A stretch of 57,926 nucleotides of DNA, taken from a virus. Position 1 is the stretch's first letter; each line of letters opens with the position of its first letter. Made by a program: the position numbers and the translations under genes. The stretch lies in the IMG/VR virus record IMGVR_UViG_3300029305_004519, positions 77,541-135,466 of that record; one strand, 5' to 3'. The notes below the pieces were generated by a model. The model was not told where the DNA came from and ran no database searches. It saw only the letters and a program-made list of their open reading frames with translations. Of this stretch, positions 51,286-57,926 are shown in pieces.

Positions 51286-52138
51286 AGGCACTAAAATTCA
51301 CATGGCAGACGGGACAGAGAAAAATATTGAGGATATCCAACAGGGAGATATGATTCAATCGTGGGATATTGAAAATAATTGCTTATATGCAGTTCCTGCA
51401 TTATGTAGCGTTAAAACAGGATATGCAAGAGAATATAAAGCATATCTATTTGAAAACGGATCTTATCTAACTATTTATGATCCGCATCATATCTATTCTT
51501 GTACGACTCAAGCGCCTAAACGCGCAAGTTCTTTTAAGATTAGTGAAACAACAATTGGTTGGCCTGGACAAGAAGTTATGTATGTAGGTGATATGAAGCA
51601 TAATTTAGCAAGGCCTAAAGCTCATTATACTTTACTGACTGCGAATAACTTATATTTTGCAGACGGGATTCTTTGTGGACATAATGCGGATAGTAAAAAT
51701 ACATTTGCAGAAATGGGAGTCTTTACTCCAACGGCAGAAGAAAAAGCCTTATATGAATTGGATGCTGAACCATATATGATTAGACGTGAAGAAAAGTTTA
51801 ATCCTGAATATTTAAAAGAAGTAGCTACAATTCGTGGCGAGGTTATTCGTATTAAAAAATAGATTGAAACTTTAAAGAAAAGACTTGGAAATACTGATTA
51901 TAAAGCACTTAAATTCTTTGAAGGGCTGTTGCCTCTTGATGAATGGTCTGGAGCAGCAGACGATAGAGCAGCATTGCGTGAAAAAATTAATGAGAGACAA
52001 GATAAGCTAGCATTAATGCAAGAAAAATATGATGCAATTAAAGCTAAGTATCTAACCAATAAAACCCCAGTAGATTGTTTTAAGGAGTGTTACATCCGCG
52101 ATATGGCGTATTTACGCGAACATCAAACGAAGGAGTGA
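51254..52138 (+). CDS. Hint (Hedgehog/intein-like, BIL-type) domain protein, likely made as a +1 frameshift extension of the 50350 product
   Basis: CLIEGTKIHMADGTEKNIEDIQQGDMIQSWD (Hint N-terminal block with catalytic Cys) ... NNLYFADGILCGHN (C-terminal HN block). There is no ATG or Shine-Dalgarno upstream of the Cys; the track start is a TTG. The first ATG, at 51302, lies downstream of the catalytic Cys. Confidence 0.55.
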
Positions 52139-52146
52139 TAAAATTT

Positions 52147-52434
52147 ATGGCATTGCATAAAATTATTTTACAAGATAACGGCACTATTTGTTCATATCAT
52201 AAAGTAACAGATATTCATTGTTCTACTCTTGAGAATAATGAAATATAGTTAGCAATCACTCTATGCTCATATGTAGATAAGGACATTCGTGATAAATCAC
52301 AAGATTTGTCAGTGATGGGAAAAGGATACCACTTCACTCTTCCATCTACAATTTTAGAGAATTAGAGTATTTTTACTGTGGCATATAATCAAATTAAAAC
52401 TTTGCCATAGTTTGCAGAAGCAGAAGATTGCTAA
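52147..52434 (+). CDS. Hypothetical protein (95 codons, 3 TAG)
   Basis: GAAGGAG Shine-Dalgarno. Confidence 0.4.
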
Positions 52435-52444
52435 AAGTAATAAA

Positions 52445-52480
52445 AAGTAGGCTATTTATGATAGCCTACTTTTATTTTTG
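52445..52480 (+). terminator. Rho-independent terminator
   Basis: AAGTAGGCTAT-loop-ATAGCCTACTT followed by TTTATTTTT. Confidence 0.65.
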
Positions 52481-52563
52481 GTCTTTTTAAATTAATCGTA
52501 TTATATGAATTTTTATATATTTACGAGAACATGAGTATTCTTTATCGAAAGGAGGATATAAGT

Positions 52564-53079
52564 ATGCCTGAATTAATTAGTGCGTATGGTATTACAACTA
52601 TTATTATTGTTCTTCTTGTGGCAATTCCTGCATTGTTTAACTTTATTGGCTGGTGTAAGAAAATTTATGCCTAGAGAGAAAAGTTTAAACAAGACAATAT
52701 TAACAAGGGAATGCAAATTGAAGCAAATCATGAAGCAAAAGAGAATCGTTTAATAAGTGGCGAAACTCGCATTGCTACATTGGAAACAGAGGTCGCTGAT
52801 TTAAAGACATTAATTGTGAAACAACAAAAACAAATTGATTTGTTAGTTAAATCAGATGAACTCGATATTAAGTCTTGGATCAAGGCGCAACACGAGAAGT
52901 GGATTCCGCGCAAATGCATTGATAGCCAGACGCTTGACTTGCTAGAATAGAGATATGCGGTATATACAGAAGAGGGCGGCAATAGCTGGGCTAAGAAACT
53001 CGTAGACGAACTCCGCGCGCTTCCAACCATTACTGTTGTACCGATTACAGATATACATGACGAATCTTTGAATTCGTAA
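52564..53079 (+). CDS. Membrane protein with an N-terminal TM helix and a coiled coil (171 codons, 2 TAG); possibly lysis- or tail-associated
   Basis: GAAAGGAGG Shine-Dalgarno. Hydrophobic stretch ITTIIIVLLVAIPALFNFIGW. Confidence 0.4.
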
Positions 53080-53109
53080 AGAAAATGAGATAAAAGGAGA
53101 TGAGCGTTT

Positions 53110-54123
53110 ATGGGTTCACATAATAACGAAAATTGGATAGAATATGATTCAACTGGACATCGATATGGGTTAAAGCTGCTTGAAGGGCCTATTATTCAAG
53201 TAAATACTTGTGGAGTTCAATCAATTACATTTACAGTTTAGAATATGTATGCAGAAGATTTAACTCCTAATTCTTAGGGAAGGGGTCCTACATGGTAGGG
53301 AAAAGATATCACTTGTACATTTTATCTTTATACAGATGAAGGCGACGATAAAGACACGGTATTAGATTCTCAAATTGTAGATTTAAAAGCAAATGCTATT
53401 TATACTATTTCTTTTTATTCAGCAAATCTATATGAAAGACAATCATATGTTGATTGGAAATATTGGTTTAAATTTAGATTTCAACATTAGACTTGGCCAG
53501 AAAGTTTTTATACTATGCCTTATGTGTTGCCTTTGGAAAAATTCCCTTTCCCAGCGACATTAGATTCATTGCCCACATCTGATAATTTAATATTATATAA
53601 TAATTTCAATAATCAAGAAAAAATTTTAATGATTTCTTATAACCCTACAATTACAAATTACGCATAGGTTAAAAATGAATCATTAATTTAGACTTTAGGT
53701 TCATAGTATCCATTTTATAGATGTAATGGATTAGCAAATTATAGATAGTTTTCAATTGGAGGTTTATTATCTTATCACGGGGAAGAAGAAATACGCAGTA
53801 CAGACTTTTCACTTATTTCTTCAGCTGAACTTAATACGCTATCTTTAACAGATAATGACTACTATACTCAAGAGCTTAAAAGAGAAAAAACATTCCGAGA
53901 TCGTGCATTAAATTTATTATATTCAAATAATCCTTTTGTATTTATTTCTCCTACAGAGGGGTAGCTAATTATTTAGCTAACTAAAGTGTCGTTGACCCCT
54001 AATTAGTAGTTAGGACGCACTATTTGGAGTTTTACAGCATAGGCTACTGAAATAGATTCTTTTAACGCCTGCACCCCTTTATTACATAAGCTTAATATTT
54101 TAAAGGTTGGTGAAGCCACATGA
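53110..54123 (+). CDS. Hypothetical protein (337 codons, about 14 TAG)
   Basis: AAAAGGAG Shine-Dalgarno. Frame 1 is open to TGA 54121-54123 apart from TAG. Confidence 0.4.
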
Positions 54124-56121
54124 GTTTATAGATATCAATAGAACAATTAATATAGCTTGATGAAATGCGCAATACGGTTTTGTAGGTGCGCATTTCTAGT
54201 AAAACCTTTGGCGCCGCCAATGCTGAATATATCTAGGGCTAGACGACTGGTGGTAATATTAGTATTAACGGATCTTCATCTGTGCGCCGAACTGGTAGTT
54301 TAAGTATGATAGCTACTGCTACCAATAAAAATATTACTGCTGTTGATAATGTTATTTCTATTAATAAGATAATTAAGATTGAAGTAGGACTTCAACATAA
54401 TATAGTAGGCCTTGCAAACCCTCATTGGTTTAATCTTGGTCATTTTGTTATTAGCAATGCTTCCATTACGCGCAATACTGCTGGATTTAATATTCAACTA
54501 TCTCTTAAAGATTTGATGGCTAAAGTCAATGGTGAGTGCGGCGGTATGTTGCCTGGAGGCATGACGCATAGCCCAATCTATGTGCGCCAAGCAGATGGAA
54601 TAATGAAATCAGAACCGGTCCAATATGAAGCGCTTATTAGAACATTGATGACTGAATATACAGACTTTGTCAGTGATGATTTAATTATTAATCTTGAACG
54701 ATCTAATTTAGTAGAATTGCCTGATGCTTTAAAACCAGCAGGAGATACTAGTAAATAGTATGGAATTAAAAACACTGTTCGTTGGGGAAGTTCAACAGAG
54801 ATATATGCCACGTATACGGAAGTTAGTTCTACAAATGATACGAAAGTATGGAGACTCAGTACCACTGAGTCAGATGACTCTATTGCGTATAATTTTAATG
54901 ATAATATAGGATATGTTTTAACAGAATTTGTTTATCCAACTAAAAATGATTTAACCTCTAATGCTGGAGAATCTGTTGGATCCGTTTTAGATAAAATAAA
55001 AAATAGCTTGGGCAATTATGAATATTATTTTGATGTTGATGGCAAGTTTCATTTTGAATAGGTGCCAAACGGTATTAATGCAGGTAGTACACAAGATGAT
55101 CTAATCCTGGCTCTTGCTGAATCTTACATTAATCCGATACCTGATGATGATAACGGCCCTTACTATACTTTTGATTCTGCACTATTAGTAAACTCTTATA
55201 GTAATACCCCCTCATATGAATCAATTAAAAATGATTTAGTTGTATGGGGTAAGAGAGGAGATAATGGAGGCGTATTAAGATATCGCTTATTGATTGATAA
55301 TAAACCGACAATGCCTACCGACACAAGTTATCGAGTGGTATTTTATACCGATCCATATGGAATTCCTCGATTGCGCAAGCCTATTGACGCTGATTTGGAG
55401 ACAGCAATTGAAACTATCAATATTACAGATACCACTGATTGGCGTTATTATTACTATTTAAAATATGTAATTAACGATTCAGATAATCCATATAAATGTG
55501 GCGCCGAGTTAGAAGAAGAGTTGCCTAAAATTATGGACGTTAGAACTGGACACTTTTACGCTTCTGGTGTCGCAGGAGATACTAATATCCTTAAGCTACT
55601 CAATAGCATGAATTATTTCATTGACATAATCGATCCTAATGAAATTGAGATAGAGCGAGTCAAAAATGCATTAAATGAGTTGACAATTACAAAAATTGGA
55701 CGTCGTACGAAGTCTATTTAGAATAATGACGTAAATACTTTATTTAATCCGCAATTCCCAGATGTTGCTTATATTGAAATGGGCACTGATAAGACAAATG
55801 ACTGGACTAGAGCAGCGATAGGAGAGGGATGGGATTTTAGTCAAGTTCCGCAACATTTATATGAACATATGGAAATTGGTACTGCTATTTATTCAGCATA
55901 CGATGCAATTCGTATTATGTTGAGTGATGTATTAAGTTATAACAATGCAATATCTTTATAGACAATTCCAATTTACCATTTAGATGTTAATAAATTAATT
56001 GAAGTGGAAGATGATGACACTGGTATTCATGGAAAATATTAGGTAAATAGTATTTCTGTACCTTTAACACCAAATGGATTAATGAATATTACAGCTCGAC
56101 TTATGGTAAATAAAATTTAAT
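54120..56121 (+). CDS. Large tail/baseplate-type structural protein (667 codons, about 10 TAG)
   Basis: ATGA coupling with the upstream gene. Frame 0 is continuous through track ORFs 54282, 55062 and 55779 to TAA 56119-56121. Confidence 0.45.
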
Positions 56122-56130
56122 ATAAAAAAT

Positions 56131-56160
56131 AAAGGAACTCAATTTGAGTTCCTTTTTTAT
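56131..56160 (+). terminator. Rho-independent terminator
   Basis: GGAACTCAA-tt-TGAGTTCC followed by TTTTTTAT. Confidence 0.7.
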
Positions 56161-56177
56161 TGAAAGAAATGATTTAA

Positions 56178-56240
56178 TTGATTTTTAATTGCATAGTGGT
56201 AAAATGATTTCCTCATCATCAAGATGAGGGTTTTTTTATT
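56178..56240 (+). promoter_or_regulatory. Extended -10 promoter (TTGATT-16-TGgTAAAAT) immediately followed by a perfect terminator hairpin (CCTCATC-atcaa-GATGAGG plus a T-run). The arrangement looks like an attenuator.
   Basis: The same TGGTAAAAT -10 sequence occurs at the two divergent promoters near 10.3 and 10.6 kb. A second promoter-like site TTGATA-18-TAATAT with a TATCAAAATTTGATA palindrome lies at about 56263-56302. Confidence 0.4.
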
Positions 56241-56337
56241 CTCCTGTTAAATTTCAAAATTTATATCAAAATTTGATAAATGATTTAATTAAATTTTAAT
56301 ATAAGTTTGAACAAGAGTGAAAGGAGAATAAAACTCA

Positions 56338-56820
56338 ATGAATATGTATAATAATCTAACTCAACAAACGCCTTATATGTATGGATATGGCGTACCTCAG
56401 TATTAGAGAATGATGCAACCTCAATAGACTGAGAATGTGGCGCCCGCCGCTGCTCCATAGCAGTCATATAGTGCGCCTATTATGGTACCTCAAACAAATT
56501 ACATTAAAGGTCGTCCAGTAGTCTCGATTGATGAAGCAAGGGCTAGTCAAATCGATTTAGATGGATCGCTCTATGTTTTCCCAGATTTAGGAAATAAGAA
56601 GATCTATACTAAATAGATTAACTTGGATGGCACTGCTGCTTTTAATGTATTTGAGTTGAGCACGCCTCAAGAAGCTGCGCCAGCCCCGGTATATGTTACT
56701 AAAACTGAACTTGATGAAATTTTAGCTTAGTTTAAAGAATCTTTGATTTAGGCAAAGCCACAAGAAGCGGCACCGGCGCCGAAGATCAAGGCTCAAATTA
56801 ATCAACCATTTAATCTATAA
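56338..56820 (+). CDS. PRC-barrel-like domain protein (160 codons, 6 TAG)
   Basis: IKGRPVVSIDEARASQIDLDGSLYVFPD resembles PRC-barrel cores. Duplicated QEAAPAP motif. Confidence 0.4.
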
Positions 56821-56831
56821 GGAGGTATATA

Positions 56832-57080
56832 ATGGCTTATAATGTAGATCCTATGCATTTGCTATTGCAAATTAAACAAGGAAAAAACCCACAACAATTA
56901 ATGATTGATATTCTCGAAGGAGAAGCATCTTAGAACCCTATAATGGGAAACCTTTTGTCTATGGCAAAAGATAATCGTACAGCGGATATTGAAAAATTCG
57001 CTCGTAATCTTGCTAAAGAGCAAGGCATTGATTTTGATAAAGAATTCAGTAGATTCAAAAAGCAGTATTTTGGACTCTGA
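56832..57080 (+). CDS. Hypothetical protein (82 codons, 1 TAG)
   Basis: AAGGAGG Shine-Dalgarno. Confidence 0.4.
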
Positions 57081-57110
57081 TTCTAAATATATTTTAAAGG
57101 AGGACATAAT

Positions 57111-57926
57111 ATGTTCAACACATCAAATGGATATTCTTTATCCGACATTGCTGCCGTAACAGGTGGAAACAGAGGCAACGGTGGTTTTGGTGACGGCTTC
57201 GGAGAGAACGGCTGGTGGATCATTCTTCTGTTCCTGTTTACAGGCTGGGGAAGAAATGGTTGGGGCGGAAACGGCGGATCTGAAGGTGGATATGCTTTCA
57301 ATCCTTACTTCTATGGATTTGGCTCAGCACCTTGCGCTACCAAGGACGACGTTCGCGCCGCAGTAGATCAGCAAACCTTAATTTCTAAGCTTGACAACCA
57401 AACTTATGGCTTAGCTGATAGCACCTATGCATTAAGCAATGCAATCACAGGTGGATTCCATGGCGTAGATAATGCTATCTGCACTCTTGGATATCAAAAC
57501 CAAGCTGGCTTCACAGCTCTTGGCAACCAAATCGCAGCTTGTTGCTGCGACACTCGCGCAGAAATCGCTGACGTAAAGACACAGGGAGTTATTAATACTA
57601 ATACTCTTGCTTCTCAGTTGGCTGCATGCTGCTGTGACATTGAGAAGGCAAATATGGAAAACAGATTTGCTGCTCAAACCTATAACTGCAATACTCTTCA
57701 GGCTATTGACAAATTAGGTGATAGAATCATTGACTTCATGACGCAAGATAAGATTGCATCTCTTACTGCAGAGAATCAGTCTCTTAAATTCGCGGCATCA
57801 CAAGCAAATCAAAATGCATTTATCACTGCAAATCAAGAAGCTCAAACTGCAGAGTTAATTCGCAGACTATCAACTCCGTGCCCAGTGCCAGCATATGTGG
57901 TACCAAACCCTAATTGCTGCTACGAT
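57111..57926 (+). CDS. Gly-rich, membrane-anchored protein with repeated AACCCD motifs. The C-terminus runs off the window edge. No TAG, and GC-richer codons than its neighbours.
   Basis: AAAGGAGG Shine-Dalgarno. GNGGFGDGFGENGWWIILLFLFTGW is followed by two IAACCCD / LAACCCD repeats. Confidence 0.45.
   Translation, partial: MFNTSNGYSLSDIAAVTGGNRGNGGFGDGFGENGWWIILLFLFTGWGRNGWGGNGGSEGGYAFNPYFYGFGSAPCATKDDVRAAVDQQTLISKLDNQTYGLADSTYALSNAITGGFHGVDNAICTLGYQNQAGFTALGNQIAACCCDTRAEIADVKTQGVINTNTLASQLAACCCDIEKANMENRFAAQTYNCNTLQAIDKLGDRIIDFMTQDKIASLTAENQSLKFAASQANQNAFITANQEAQTAELIRRLSTPCPVPAYVVPNPNCCYD

Noticed and set aside
10646-57926. Reading TAG as a stop, giving many short plus-strand ORFs as listed in the six-frame track
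   Set aside because: The pieces share frames over kilobases and lack internal starts or ribosome-binding sites. Conserved motifs (terL nuclease domain, tape measure QTIAGTR) span the TAG positions, and literal Q sits at equivalent repeat positions.
1-57926. crAss-like or Bacteroidetes-infecting phage, the best-known TAG-recoded group
   Set aside because: Nearly every gene has a strong GGAGG-type Shine-Dalgarno site, and the promoters are canonical TTGACA-17-TATAAT. The MazF homolog is EndoA-like. These are Firmicutes-type signals.
1-57926. Integrase, attachment site or lysogeny module
   Set aside because: No recombinase-like ORF or repressor/Cro pair was recognised in this window. Lifestyle cannot be decided from it.

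Overview
This window reads as a contiguous piece of a tailed dsDNA phage genome with two divergent halves. The left ~10.3 kb is transcribed leftward (minus strand) and the remaining ~47 kb rightward (plus strand). Shine-Dalgarno sites before nearly every gene, textbook sigma-70/sigmaA -35/-10 promoters and an EndoA/MazF homolog point to a Firmicutes-type host (inference). I would expect a Bacteroidetes phage to lack strong Shine-Dalgarno sites.

Left early region (1-10.3 kb, minus strand, standard genetic code):
- At least 12 near-identical promoter cassettes (TTGACA-17 bp-TATAAT, with a conserved upstream TTTGTGCAA element) each drive short operons of small genes and are insulated by GC-rich rho-independent terminators, often in tandem.
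- The cargo looks like a host-takeover / anti-defence set:
  - a Lar-family restriction-alleviation protein;
  - a MazF/EndoA-family endoribonuclease;
  - several very acidic small proteins (candidate DNA mimics);
  - a HAD-family deoxyribonucleotidase;
  - a frameshifted phosphoribosyltransferase (PRTase);
  - many small membrane and zinc-ribbon proteins;
  - a tRNA-like element placed first in one operon.

Right late region (10.6-57.9 kb, plus strand):
- It encodes the large terminase, a DUF559/Vsr-like nuclease, a putative portal, scaffold and capsid proteins, a major tail protein, a ~2,896-codon tape measure, and a ~1,755-codon collagen-like fibre.
- It also carries three fibre genes sharing a HylP-like N-terminus, an 842-codon 'SHAEG'-repeat beta-roll-like fibre and a Hint (intein-like) domain protein.

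The central observation is stop-codon recoding:
- In the rightward region, long single reading frames are interrupted only by TAG, dozens of times, never by TAA or TGA.
- Literal glutamines occupy equivalent positions in repeat units, so TAG is almost certainly read as an amino acid, most likely Gln (translation table 15-like).
- All leftward early genes are intact under the standard code.
- Consequently the six-frame ORF track fragments the late genes.

A second notable feature is a putative +1 frameshift at CUU-UUU-UAG:
- It would join a tail protein to the downstream Hint domain.
- The Hint domain has no start codon or ribosome-binding site of its own upstream of its catalytic Cys.

Coordinates of motifs read by eye may be off by a few bases.
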